From the NCBI GenBank assembly GCA_049287025.1, contig JBAQFA010000051.1, positions 1,697 through 65,696 of the forward strand: a stretch of DNA of 64,000 bases. Direction: 5' to 3'. Each line of letters begins with the position of its first letter. Position 1 is the stretch's first letter. This DNA is from Candidatus Magasanikiibacteriota bacterium (lineage in GTDB: Bacteria > Patescibacteriota > Patescibacteriia > Magasanikbacterales > UBA922). Positions 1 to 9,899 of this stretch are shown one piece after another. Below the pieces are notes generated by a model, which saw nothing but the letters and a program-made list of their open reading frames with translations, made no database searches and was not told the origin of the DNA. The position numbers and the translations under genes are program-made.

Positions 1-1
1 A

Positions 2-3000
2 GACGCCCAACCTTTGCCCGATCTAATTCAAATCCAAAAGGATTCTTATGATTGGTTTTTTAAAGAAGGGATCAAAGAATTGTTTGAAGAGATTTCTCCG
101 ATTACTGATTTTACTGGTCGTGATTTGGAATTATATTTGGAAAATTATTTTATTGATGAACCAAAATTTGATGAAGTGGTTTGCCGAGAAAAAAATATTT
201 CTTATGATGCTCCGCTACGGGTGATTGCTCGTTTACTAAATCGCCGAACCAAAGAAGAAAATAGTCAAGAAATATATTTGGGTGATGTGCCAGTTATGAC
301 CAAGCGCGGAACTTTTGTTATCAATGGGATTGAACGGTGTGTAGTTTCCCAATTGATTAGAAGTGCTGGCGCTTTCTTCACGGCTGAAAATGTTCGTGGT
401 AGAAAATATTATGGTGCCAAAATTATTCCAAATCGTGGTGCTTGGATTGAAATTGAAACTGACCAAAACAATGTGATTTGGATAAAAGTAGACCGCAAAA
501 GAAAAGTCGCAGCCACTTCTTTACTCCGTGCTTTTGGATATTCTTCTGATGAAGAAATGAAAAAATTATTTGCTGATGTTAACAATCATCCTAATATTGA
601 TTTTGTAGAAAACACTATAAAGAAAGATGCTGCTGCCAATGAAGATGAAGGTTTGATTGAAGTGTACAAAAGAATTCGTCCAGGTGATCTAGCTACATCA
701 GACAATGCCAAGAGTTTGATTCATGCCATGTTTTTCAACTTTGATCGGTATGATTTAGGTAAGGTTGGTATTTATAAGTTCAATATCAAATTCCAATTAA
801 ATTTGAAACGCGAAGATTTTGATCAAAAAGAAAATCGGATTTTAAGTCCTGAAAAATTATTATTAGTTTTAAAAGAAGTTGTACGCTTGAACGTGACTCA
901 AGAAGAACCAGATGATATTGATCACTTAGGTAATCGTCGTATTCGTGCCGTGGGTGAACTAGTCCAAAATCGTTTTCGTGTCGGTATGGCTCGGATGGAA
1001 AGAATTGTGAAAGATAGAATGAGTACTTATGAATTGGAAGGTTTATCACCAAATAAATTGATCAATGCTCGTCCGGTAATTGGTGCAGTGCACGAATTTT
1101 TCATGAGTTCACAATTGTCTCAATTCATGGACCAGGTAAATCCTTTGGCTGAATTGGAACACAAACGTAGAATCTCAGCTCTTGGACCTGGAGGTTTGTC
1201 TCGTGATCGGGCTGGGTTTGAAGTTCGTGACGTTCACACTACTCACTATGGTAGAATTTGTCCGATTGCTACTCCAGAAGGTCCAAACATTGGTTTGGTT
1301 GGCCACTTGGCCAGTCATTCCAAAGTAAATACTTTTGGTTTCTTGGAAACACCATATCGTAAGGTGACTCATGATGTGCCAAATGAAGCTCGTTTTACTG
1401 AAGGCGAAATTGCGCGTGAAGATGTAAAAGGTGTGGTAGACGCAGGAGAAAAAATTACCAGTGAAATTGCAAAGAAATTAGAAGGTAAAAAAGATTTGAA
1501 AACTATTGCTGTCAAACCTCGCGTGACCAATGAAATTGCTTATCTAAATTCTTTTGAAGAAGAAAGAACTGTGACAGCGTCTTCCACTGTAGCGGTAGAC
1601 AAAGATGGTTTCTTGTTAGCTGAAAGAGTGCCAGCTCGTATTAAAGGTGAGCCAGGCATGTCCAAGACTCATAAGATTGATTATATTGATGTAGCTTCCA
1701 ATCAGATTTTGAGTATTGCGACTTCACTTATTCCTTTCCTAGAACATGATGATGCCACTCGCGCTCTCATGGGTACAAACATGCAGAGACAAGCTGTGCC
1801 TTGTATTACACCAGATTCACCACTCGTTGGTACTGGTGTAGAAAAAGCCGCTGCCGAAAATAGCGGACATGTGATTTTGGCTGATGATGATGGTGATATT
1901 ACTTATCTTGATGGCGCCAGAATTGAATTGACAACCAAAAAAGGCAAAGTTTATAAATATAATTTGAATAAATTTGTTCGTTCCAATGCTTCTAGTTCTA
2001 TTAATCAAAGAATCCTCGCCAACCTAAATGATAAAGTGAAAAAAGGTGATGTCTTGGCCGATGGTCCATCTACTCAGGGTGGTGAATTAGCCCTAGGTCA
2101 AAACGTTCTTGTCGCTTACATGGTTTGGGATGGTTTCAACTACGAAGACGCGGTAATTATTTCTGAACGTCTAGTTCAAAAAGACAAATTTACTTCAATT
2201 CACATTGAAGATTATGCCACTGACGTCCGTGATACAAAATTAGGACCAGAAGTTGTGACAGCTGATATCCCAAATGTAAGTGAAGAAAAATTAAAAAATC
2301 TTGATGCCGAAGGCGTGGTCAGAATTGGTGCGGAAGTGCAATCCGGTGATATTTTAGTTGGTAAGATTACACCAAAAGGTGAAACCGAATTATCAGCTGA
2401 AGAAAGATTATTGCGCGCTATCTTTGGAGAAAAAGCTCGCGATGTCCGTGATTCATCTCTTTATCTAGAACATGGTGAACATGGCAAAGTAATTGATATA
2501 AAAGTTTTCTCGGCCGAAGTTGGCGACAAATTACAGCCAGGCGTGAGCAAACAAGTTCAAGTGACAGTGGCCGACATGAGAAAGATGCAACCGGGTGATA
2601 AGATGGCTGGTCGTCATGGTAACAAAGGTGTTATCTCTCGCGTGGTACCAGTAGAAGATATGCCATTTTTGGAAGATGGCACGCCAGTAGATATAATTTT
2701 ATCTCCACTTGGTGTTATTTCTCGTATGAACTTGGGTCAATTGTTAGAAACCCACTTGGGTTTAGCCGCCAATTCTTTGGGTTACAAATCCGCCACTCCA
2801 GTTCTAAATGGTATTACAGAAGAACAAATTAAAACTGAATTGGAACGCGCTGGTTTCCCCGTGGATGGTCAATTACAATTGTGTGACGGTAGAACTGGTG
2901 AACCATTTGATCACAAAACTACGGTGGGCTACAACTACATGCTCAAATTGAATCATATGGTGGAAGATAAAATTCACCAGAGATCAATTGGTCCATACAG

Positions 3001-3400
3001 TTTGATTACCCAACAGCCACTTGGTGGTAAAGCTCAATCTGGTGGTCAGAGATTTGGAGAAATGGAAGTTTGGGCATTAGAAGCTTATGGCGCTTCCCAT
3101 ACTTTACAAGAAATTTTGACAATCAAATCTGATGATGTACCAGGCAGATCAAAAGCTTATGAAGCTATTATCAAGGGCGAGAAGATTAGCAAGGTAAATA
3201 TTCCAGAATCATTTAATGTTTTGGTTAGAGAAATGAAAGGTCTGGGTCTGGATGTAGAACTGCTTTCCAAAGATGATAATGGAACATATTTGCCAGCTGA
3301 GGAAGTAAGAGCAAAGAGACAGAAAGAATTAGAATTGCAAGAAGGAAATTTTACTGATTCAAATAATAACGATGATGTAAAAACTGAAAGGGAAGAATAA
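2..3400 (+). CDS. rpoB: DNA-directed RNA polymerase subunit beta (5' end lies upstream of window; the listed TTG at 14 is not the real start)
   Basis: 1128-aa frame open from position 2. Conserved RpoB blocks (DLIQIQKDSYDWF, GRHGNKGV, large subunit length). Followed by rpoC as in the canonical rpoBC operon. Confidence 0.97.
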   Translation, partial: DAQPLPDLIQIQKDSYDWFFKEGIKELFEEISPITDFTGRDLELYLENYFIDEPKFDEVVCREKNISYDAPLRVIARLLNRRTKEENSQEIYLGDVPVMTKRGTFVINGIERCVVSQLIRSAGAFFTAENVRGRKYYGAKIIPNRGAWIEIETDQNNVIWIKVDRKRKVAATSLLRAFGYSSDEEMKKLFADVNNHPNIDFVENTIKKDAAANEDEGLIEVYKRIRPGDLATSDNAKSLIHAMFFNFDRYDLGKVGIYKFNIKFQLNLKREDFDQKENRILSPEKLLLVLKEVVRLNVTQEEPDDIDHLGNRRIRAVGELVQNRFRVGMARMERIVKDRMSTYELEGLSPNKLINARPVIGAVHEFFMSSQLSQFMDQVNPLAELEHKRRISALGPGGLSRDRAGFEVRDVHTTHYGRICPIATPEGPNIGLVGHLASHSKVNTFGFLETPYRKVTHDVPNEARFTEGEIAREDVKGVVDAGEKITSEIAKKLEGKKDLKTIAVKPRVTNEIAYLNSFEEERTVTASSTVAVDKDGFLLAERVPARIKGEPGMSKTHKIDYIDVASNQILSIATSLIPFLEHDDATRALMGTNMQRQAVPCITPDSPLVGTGVEKAAAENSGHVILADDDGDITYLDGARIELTTKKGKVYKYNLNKFVRSNASSSINQRILANLNDKVKKGDVLADGPSTQGGELALGQNVLVAYMVWDGFNYEDAVIISERLVQKDKFTSIHIEDYATDVRDTKLGPEVVTADIPNVSEEKLKNLDAEGVVRIGAEVQSGDILVGKITPKGETELSAEERLLRAIFGEKARDVRDSSLYLEHGEHGKVIDIKVFSAEVGDKLQPGVSKQVQVTVADMRKMQPGDKMAGRHGNKGVISRVVPVEDMPFLEDGTPVDIILSPLGVISRMNLGQLLETHLGLAANSLGYKSATPVLNGITEEQIKTELERAGFPVDGQLQLCDGRTGEPFDHKTTVGYNYMLKLNHMVEDKIHQRSIGPYSLITQQPLGGKAQSGGQRFGEMEVWALEAYGASHTLQEILTIKSDDVPGRSKAYEAIIKGEKISKVNIPESFNVLVREMKGLGLDVELLSKDDNGTYLPAEEVRAKRQKELELQEGNFTDSNNNDDVKTEREE

Positions 3401-3446
3401 ATTAATTAATAACTTACTTACCTAAATAAAAGCTAATTTAAAAAAT

Positions 3447-6400
3447 ATGATACGCGATACTATTCATTCTATGGACTTCGATGCCTTGAGACTAAAGGTG
3501 GCTAGCCCAGAAGTTATTAAGGGTTGGTCTTATGGCGAGGTGTCAAAACCAGAAACCATTAATTACCGTACCCAAAAACCAGAAAAAGGTGGTTTGTTTG
3601 CCGAAGAAATTTTTGGACCGACCAAGGATTGGGAATGTTATTGTGGCAAGTACAAAAAAATTCGTTATAAAGGGATTGTCTGCGACAAGTGCGGAGTGGA
3701 AGTGACTCACTCATTAGTACGCAGAGAAAGAATGGGACATATTGAATTGTCTGCTCCAGTTTCTCATATTTGGTTTTTGCGTTCTATTCCATCCAAAGTT
3801 GGTTTGGTTTTGGATCTATCCATTCAAGCTTTGGAAAAAGTGATTTACTTTGCTTCTTTCATTATTACGAAGATTGACGAAGAAGGTAAAAAACAGATTC
3901 ATGAAATGTTGAAGCAAGAATATAAGTCCAAGAAAAAACAAATTGAAAAAGAATTTGAAATGAGTGTGGCGGACGCCAATGAAAAGAAACAAGGCCGAGA
4001 CGTAATAGAAGAAATTGCCAAAGAACGTGATCGCAAGAACGAAGCTTTGGATGAAGATTACAAAAGCGCTGAACAAGATCTAAAAGATATTCAGATGTTG
4101 AAGATTGTGTCAGAAAATCGTTATCAAGAATTGTCCGTGCGGTTTGGTCATTTGTTTGATGCGGAGATTGGGGCTGGCGCTGTTCGTAGTTTGCTTGAAA
4201 AATTAAATCTGCCTCAGACTATTAAAAATTTGGAAGCAGAAACTGAAAAATCCAAAGGTGCCAAACGTGATCGCTTGGTTCGCAGAGTAAAACTTTTGAA
4301 GAGTTTGGACAAGAATGCCATTAGACCAGAATGGATGATCATGACTACGATTCCTGTGGTGCCACCAGATTTGCGACCAATGGTAGCGCTCGATGGTGGT
4401 CGGTTTGCTACTTCAGACCTTAATGATTTGTATCGTCGGGTTATCAACCGTAACAATCGTCTAAAAAGATTAATTGAACTCAATGCTCCAGAAGTAATTT
4501 GTCGTAATGAAAAACGGATGTTGCAAGAAGCGGTAGATGCTTTGATTGATAACAATGCCCGCGCTTCTAAAACTGTGACTGCGTCCACTGGTCAAAAAAG
4601 ACAATTGCGTTCCTTGGCTGATATTTTGAAAGGTAAGCAAGGTCGTTTCCGTCAAAATTTACTCGGTAAACGCGTAGATTATTCTGGCCGTTCAGTAATC
4701 GTAGTTGGACCTAATTTGGAAATCAGCGAATGTGGTATCCCAAAAAGAATGGCTTTGGAATTATTCAAACCATTTGTTATGGCCGAAATTATCAAACGCG
4801 AATTGGCTCACAATGTGCGGAGCGCTTCTAGATTTATTGAAACCAATGCGCCAGAAGTTTGGGATATTTTGGAAGAAATGACCAAGAAGAGCCGAGTATT
4901 ATTAAACCGTGCTCCAACTTTGCACCGTCTTGGTATCCAAGCTTTCAAACCTCAATTGGTAGAAGGTAAAGCGATTCGTTTGCACCCGTTGGTTTGTCCA
5001 GCTTTTAATGCTGACTTTGATGGAGACCAAATGGCTGTTCACTTACCTCTGACTGATGAAGCTCGTTGGGAAGCAGAAAATTTGATGGCCGCAGAAAAGA
5101 ATTTGCTAAAGCCAGCGACAGGCGCGCCAGTGACTACACCACAACAGGATATTGCACTTGGTTGTTATTATCTAACCAAATATGCTGAAGATGATACCAA
5201 AGAAGTAAAGAAATTTTTCTCCAATGAACAAGAAGCGCGCTTTGCTTACAAAGTTCGTCGGATTACTTTGAAAGAACGTATTAAAGTTAGATTTTCTGAT
5301 TTATCAAAATTCCCAGAAGGTGACGGTCCAATTATTGAAACTTCAATTGGTAGAATTTTGTTCAATGAAGTCATGCCAGAAAAATTAGCTTATTACAATG
5401 AAACGATTACCAAAAAACATTTAGGTCAAATCATCAAGCTCTTGCTTGAATTTTATGGTCAAGCAGAAACAGCTCAATTTTTGGATCGGATCAAAAAATT
5501 AGGCTTCAAATATGTTACCAAATCTGGTTATTCACTCGGCATGGACAACTTTGGTCATATTGCGGAAAAGAAAAATATTTTGATTGAAGGTGATGATCGC
5601 GTAGAAGAAGTTTGGGATCAATACAAAGATGGTTTATTAACAGACAGTGAAAGACATTCCAAAGTTTTGGAAATCTGGACTGAAGTAAAAGATAAAGTGG
5701 TCTCTTTCAACAAGCAAGCTTTGAATAAAGATGGTTCCGTCTTTGCGATGATTGATTCTGGCGCCCGCGGTTCTTGGGGTCAGCTTGGTCAGGTCATTGG
5801 TATGAAGGGTCTAGTAGCTTCACCATCCGGAGAAATTATTGAATTGCCAGTCAAAGGCAACTTTAAAGAAGGCTTTGATGTGTTAGAGTTTTTTATCTCT
5901 TCCCACGGTACAAGAAAAGGTTTGTCTGATACCGCTCTTCGTACTGCTAATGCTGGTTACCTCACTCGTCGTTTGGTGGATGTGGCACAAGATGTAGTTG
6001 TCCTAGATGAAGATTGTGGTGATAGAGATGGTGAAGTCTTTACCAAAGAACAGTCTATTGATATGGGTGAAAAAATTTCGGAACGAATACTTGGTCGCTT
6101 TGTCTTGTCTGATGTAAAAGATATCAAAGGAAAAGTCTTGGTAAAAGCCGGCGAAGTAGTGACTCCAGAAAATGTTCGTCAAATTGAAGAGACTGAAGTT
6201 GAAGAAGCTCATGTTCGTTCAGTCCTCAAATGTAAATTGCCAAAAGGCGTGTGCGTAAAATGTTATGGTTATGATTTGTCCAATCGTGAATTGGTCAAAA
6301 AAGGTACAGCTGTTGGTATTATTGCGGCTCAATCTATTGGTGAGCCTGGTACTCAGCTGACCATGAGAACATTCCACCTTGGTGGTGTGGCTGGTGGCGG

Positions 6401-7325
6401 AGATATTACCCAAGGTTTGCCTAGAGTTGAAGAATTGTTTGAGGCTCGAAATCCAAAGAGAAAAGCCGTGTTGTCTGAAGTAAATGGTACCATAGAAATT
6501 GAAGATGCTGATGGTAAAGTTATTACCAGTCCAACTGGTCGCAAGATTTTTGAAGGCCGAAGAGGACAAAAAATCATCAAAGTACATTTTGAAGGTGTAG
6601 ATGAAATAAAAGTAAAAGTAAAAGCTGAAGATGAAGTGCAAGTGGTAGATGGTCAAAAAGTAAATCAAGATGACGTGTTGATTGTTCGCGGTAGTTCGGG
6701 TGAAGAATTTAGAGCCAAATATGAAGGCACTGTGCATATGGATGACAAACAATTGGTTCTCACTTACGAAGGCCGACACAACAAAGAATATATAATTCCA
6801 ATGGGTTATAAATTGTGGGTAAAAGACGGCGATGAAGTGAAAAAAGGTGATCAATTGACCGAAGGTGCAGTCAATCTACAAGAACTCTATGAACTAAAAG
6901 GCCGATATGCAGTGCAGAATTATATTTTGAAAGAGATTCAAGAAATTTATGCGTCTCAAGGTCAACGTTTGAATGATAAGCATGTAGAAATTATTATCAA
7001 ACAAATGTTCTCTCGTATTTATATTGAAGATCCAGGTGATACCGATTTATTGCCAGGTGAAACAGTAGAACGCGCTCAATTTATGAATGCCAATACCGAC
7101 GCCCTAAAAGACAGTAAAAAAGAATCAGCTGGTAGAGAATTGTTCCTGGGCATTTCCAAAGTTTCCCTGTCTACTCAAAGTTTCTTGTCTGCGGCTTCAT
7201 TCCAGGAAACTGCTCGCGTGTTGATTAACGCTGCTATTACGGGAAAAGTAGATTATCTAGAAGGCTTGAAAGAAAATGTTATTATTGGTCGCCGAATTCC
7301 AGCGGGTACTGGGTATCGCGAATAA
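3447..7325 (+). CDS. rpoC: DNA-directed RNA polymerase subunit beta'
   Basis: 1292 aa. N-terminal Zn-ribbon CYCGKYKKIRYKGIVCDKCGVEV. Catalytic NADFDGD motif. Immediately downstream of rpoB. Confidence 0.97.
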   Translation: MIRDTIHSMDFDALRLKVASPEVIKGWSYGEVSKPETINYRTQKPEKGGLFAEEIFGPTKDWECYCGKYKKIRYKGIVCDKCGVEVTHSLVRRERMGHIELSAPVSHIWFLRSIPSKVGLVLDLSIQALEKVIYFASFIITKIDEEGKKQIHEMLKQEYKSKKKQIEKEFEMSVADANEKKQGRDVIEEIAKERDRKNEALDEDYKSAEQDLKDIQMLKIVSENRYQELSVRFGHLFDAEIGAGAVRSLLEKLNLPQTIKNLEAETEKSKGAKRDRLVRRVKLLKSLDKNAIRPEWMIMTTIPVVPPDLRPMVALDGGRFATSDLNDLYRRVINRNNRLKRLIELNAPEVICRNEKRMLQEAVDALIDNNARASKTVTASTGQKRQLRSLADILKGKQGRFRQNLLGKRVDYSGRSVIVVGPNLEISECGIPKRMALELFKPFVMAEIIKRELAHNVRSASRFIETNAPEVWDILEEMTKKSRVLLNRAPTLHRLGIQAFKPQLVEGKAIRLHPLVCPAFNADFDGDQMAVHLPLTDEARWEAENLMAAEKNLLKPATGAPVTTPQQDIALGCYYLTKYAEDDTKEVKKFFSNEQEARFAYKVRRITLKERIKVRFSDLSKFPEGDGPIIETSIGRILFNEVMPEKLAYYNETITKKHLGQIIKLLLEFYGQAETAQFLDRIKKLGFKYVTKSGYSLGMDNFGHIAEKKNILIEGDDRVEEVWDQYKDGLLTDSERHSKVLEIWTEVKDKVVSFNKQALNKDGSVFAMIDSGARGSWGQLGQVIGMKGLVASPSGEIIELPVKGNFKEGFDVLEFFISSHGTRKGLSDTALRTANAGYLTRRLVDVAQDVVVLDEDCGDRDGEVFTKEQSIDMGEKISERILGRFVLSDVKDIKGKVLVKAGEVVTPENVRQIEETEVEEAHVRSVLKCKLPKGVCVKCYGYDLSNRELVKKGTAVGIIAAQSIGEPGTQLTMRTFHLGGVAGGGDITQGLPRVEELFEARNPKRKAVLSEVNGTIEIEDADGKVITSPTGRKIFEGRRGQKIIKVHFEGVDEIKVKVKAEDEVQVVDGQKVNQDDVLIVRGSSGEEFRAKYEGTVHMDDKQLVLTYEGRHNKEYIIPMGYKLWVKDGDEVKKGDQLTEGAVNLQELYELKGRYAVQNYILKEIQEIYASQGQRLNDKHVEIIIKQMFSRIYIEDPGDTDLLPGETVERAQFMNANTDALKDSKKESAGRELFLGISKVSLSTQSFLSAASFQETARVLINAAITGKVDYLEGLKENVIIGRRIPAGTGYRE

Positions 7326-7364
7326 ACCGGACTTAAGACATAAGATCTAGAATTTGAAATAAAA

Positions 7365-7410
7365 AATCCCCCTTCTTCGCATAAAGCTTCGAAGGGGGAT
7401 TTTTGTTTTT
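7365..7410. terminator. Rho-independent terminator (bidirectional: A-run upstream, T-run downstream)
   Basis: TCCCCCTTCTTCG-cataaa-GCTTCGAAGGGGGA GC-rich hairpin followed by TTTTGTTTTTG. Sits between the rpoC stop and a convergent minus-strand gene. Confidence 0.85.
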
Positions 7411-7419
7411 GTATTTAAT

Positions 7420-7668
7420 CTACAATAACCAATAATTTATGATTCCCAAACTAATTACAATACTCATTATTATAGAAGTAATCAAAATGCCAATTTGTCC
7501 GGCATTTTTATAAGCTTTCCAAGCTGAATATAGCCAAAATGGTTGAACTGATAAATTTAATATCAGCCCCCATTCTGGGAATTTTAATGAAGTGGCGACT
7601 TGCGCGCCGACAGTTAGAGTTGGTAGAGCGACTTGGGTGAAGTTATTAAAGATTTTTTGTTTGGTCAT
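7420..7668 (-). CDS. small hypothetical membrane protein (82 aa, 2-3 TM)
   Basis: ORF with hydrophobic segments. No recognisable family. Confidence 0.5.
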   Translation of the reverse strand: MTKQKIFNNFTQVALPTLTVGAQVATSLKFPEWGLILNLSVQPFWLYSAWKAYKNAGQIGILITSIIMSIVISLGIINYWLL

Positions 7669-7699
7669 AAATTATAGTTGTTTTATAAAATTATTTATT

Positions 7700-7963
7700 C
7701 TATTTATTCAGCAAAAGTTCTAAATCTAATTCCAAATCATCAAAACGTTTTTTTACAGTTTCTTTAGCATCGTCTACTCCCTTATTATATATATCAGTGC
7801 CAATATTTTCTAAAAAGAAATCTAAAATATCCTCGGCAGCAATTACTCCCAGTTCTTCATTTCTTTCTTCCCTGAAAAAAGTAATAATTTCTTCAAGGCA
7901 GTTTTTCTTTTTTTCTTTGGGAAGTAAATCCCATTTGTGTGTAATTTCGGTCATATTTAACAA
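7700..7963 (-). CDS. DUF2164-family protein
   Basis: 87 aa. Pattern FFREERNEELGVIAAEDILDFFLENIGTDIYNKGVDDA matches the conserved core of DUF2164 proteins as I remember them. Confidence 0.65.
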   Translation of the reverse strand: MLNMTEITHKWDLLPKEKKKNCLEEIITFFREERNEELGVIAAEDILDFFLENIGTDIYNKGVDDAKETVKKRFDDLELDLELLLNK

Positions 7964-7988
7964 AACAAGTTAGATCATAACTTGTTAA

Positions 7989-8017
7989 ATTATAGAGTGT
8001 TTTGTAAAAAAATACAA
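7989..8017 (-). promoter_or_regulatory. sigma70-like promoter TTGTAT-N17-TATAAT for the DUF2164 gene (minus strand)
   Basis: Minus-strand reading TTGTATTTTTTTACAAAACACTCTATAAT. About 25 nt upstream of the ATG at 7963. Near-identical to the motif at 12589-12617. Confidence 0.6.
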
Positions 8018-8024
8018 CATAATT

Positions 8025-8681
8025 TCAAATCCACAAAATATATTTGAACATTAACCAAAAGTGGCTAATACTGCCGGCCATAACAAAGAGATGAAATACT
8101 TCATGCATGCCAAACCATTTGGTGCGAGGAACAAATTTATCTAACATGAAAAATACACAGCCAACAGTGTAGAATAGCCCACCAACCAAGAGCCATTTGA
8201 AAGCGCCTGGCACTAGCCACTGTAATAGGGGGTTGAGAGCGATAAATAAAAGCCAGCCCATAATAAGGTATATAGATACCGACAACCATTCTTTTATTTT
8301 AATATTAAAAATTTTTAGCATGATGCCGATTATGGCTAGTCCCCAGATTATACCAAACAATGTCCAGCCCCAAACTCTTTGGGGCATAGTAAGAGTAATT
8401 GGCGTGTAGGTGCCAGCAATCAAAACAAATATCATAGAATAATCAAGACGTTGAAAAATTTTTTTAATTCTGGTTTTTTTTGGTAAAAAGTGATAAAGAG
8501 AACTGGTAGAGTAGAGGATAATAAGACTCGCGCCAAAAATAGCAAAACCAACCACATGAGCTGGGTCACTGTATTTTACAGCAAAAGCCACCATCAAAGT
8601 GAGAGCAACAATAGACAAAACCGTGGCCAAAAGATGAGTAAAAGCACTGGTGGGTTCATTTTTTTTGAACAGTTTTCTCAT
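8025..8681 (-). CDS. hemolysin III / PAQR-family channel protein
   Basis: 218 aa, 7 predicted TM. Conserved Hly-III motifs (SSLYHF..., HEVFHLFVMAGSISHF). Confidence 0.85.
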   Translation of the reverse strand: MRKLFKKNEPTSAFTHLLATVLSIVALTLMVAFAVKYSDPAHVVGFAIFGASLIILYSTSSLYHFLPKKTRIKKIFQRLDYSMIFVLIAGTYTPITLTMPQRVWGWTLFGIIWGLAIIGIMLKIFNIKIKEWLSVSIYLIMGWLLFIALNPLLQWLVPGAFKWLLVGGLFYTVGCVFFMLDKFVPRTKWFGMHEVFHLFVMAGSISHFWLMFKYILWI

Positions 8682-9030
8682 AAAAATTGATTTAGCTTAT
8701 ATTTTTATAATAACAATAATTTGGAGATAAAAAAACAGCTGATTTATTTAGGCTGTTATCGGACATATATCTTGACTTGTGTCAATGATTCTGGTGGATA
8801 TATTATAAATTTAAGAGGTGTTGATATTGTCTTTTTCTTCTTTATTAATTTTATTTGATTTTAGCTAATTTATAACTAAAAATACTTTATCATTTATATG
8901 ATTTCTTGACAAGGGAGAGAACTTGATTTCTTTTCTTAAAAATGGTAAATTACTGGAGTTCAAAGTAGAAAGTTGAAAGTAAAAAGTGCTAAACTTTATA
9001 CTTTTTACTTTATACTTTATAACTAATTAT

Positions 9031-9765
9031 ATGAGCGGACACTCAAAATGGCACAATATTCAAGCGAAAAAGGGTAAAGCGGATAAGGCGCGCAGTAATA
9101 CTTTTACTAAATTAGCCCGGTTAATTTCGGTCGCGGCTCAACAAGGTGGCGGTGACCAGGTTATGAACTTTTCTCTGCGTTTGGCTGTAGAAAAGGCTAA
9201 AGCGGCTAATATGCCAAAGGAAAATATTGAACGTGCTGTAAAAAAAGGTACAGGTGAACTGGACGATGGTTTGACTTTGCAAGAAGTGATGTACGAAGGT
9301 TTTGGACCAAATGGCGTGGCTTTTTTAGTAGAGTGTCTAACAGACAATGTAAATCGGACAGTTTCCGAAGTAAAAAATATTTTTTCCAAATATGGTGGTT
9401 CTATGGGTGGGCCAGGAACGGTCAAATGGCAATTTCATCGCCTCGGTGTTATCCACCTCGGCGAAAGTAAAAAGGAAAAAGTAGAAAGTAAAAAAGATGA
9501 ATTTGAAATGGCTCTAATTGAGGCTGGAGCGGATGATATTATTTTTAATGATTTTGATATTGAAATTAGAACTTCAGTGGAGAATTTTCAAAAAGTGTTG
9601 GAAGCGGTAGAAAAGTTTGGAGTGGAGGCTGATGAGTTTGGTCTAGAGTGGGTAGCCAAAGAAACAATTACTCTTGATGAAGAAAAAAGTGAAAAGGTGT
9701 CCAATCTTTGTGAATATTTTGAAGATTTGGATGATGTGAGAGCCGTTTATACAAATGAGGGTTAA
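9031..9765 (+). CDS. yebC: YebC/PmpR-family DNA-binding transcriptional regulator
   Basis: Starts MSGHSKWHNIQAKKGKADKARS (canonical YebC N-terminus). The listed ORF start 8986 adds a hydrophobic extension not seen in the family, so the ATG at 9031 is preferred. Followed by ruvC as in the yebC-ruvC operon. Confidence 0.93.
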   Translation: MSGHSKWHNIQAKKGKADKARSNTFTKLARLISVAAQQGGGDQVMNFSLRLAVEKAKAANMPKENIERAVKKGTGELDDGLTLQEVMYEGFGPNGVAFLVECLTDNVNRTVSEVKNIFSKYGGSMGGPGTVKWQFHRLGVIHLGESKKEKVESKKDEFEMALIEAGADDIIFNDFDIEIRTSVENFQKVLEAVEKFGVEADEFGLEWVAKETITLDEEKSEKVSNLCEYFEDLDDVRAVYTNEG

Positions 9766-9782
9766 GTAAGAATTGTTCTCCC

Positions 9783-9886
9783 CCTATGAGGGGGAGCTGA
9801 CACGAAGTGACAGAGGGGGTCATTTTATATCACATAATTTATTCGTACTAAAGACCCCTCCTAACCTCCCCTTATAGGGGAGGAGC
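9783..9886. repeat. pair of GC-rich REP-like palindromes (CTCCCCCTATGAGGGGGAG and CCTCCCCTTATAGGGGAGG) in the yebC-ruvC spacer
   Basis: Two perfect hairpins with a shared CCCC-TATG/TATA-GGGG core, visible directly in the sequence. Confidence 0.7.
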
Positions 9887-9899
9887 TCTGATATAAAGT

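Noticed and set aside
236-6854. Numerous 60-211-aa ORFs antisense within rpoB/rpoC (for example 236-466, 786-1052, 6219-6854)
   Set aside because: Embedded in well-supported essential genes on the opposite strand. Low-complexity translations typical of AT-rich antisense frames.
8986-9030. Upstream extension of yebC (ORF start 8986)
   Set aside because: YebC proteins start MSGHSKW. The extension is a hydrophobic low-complexity run overlapping a leader palindrome.
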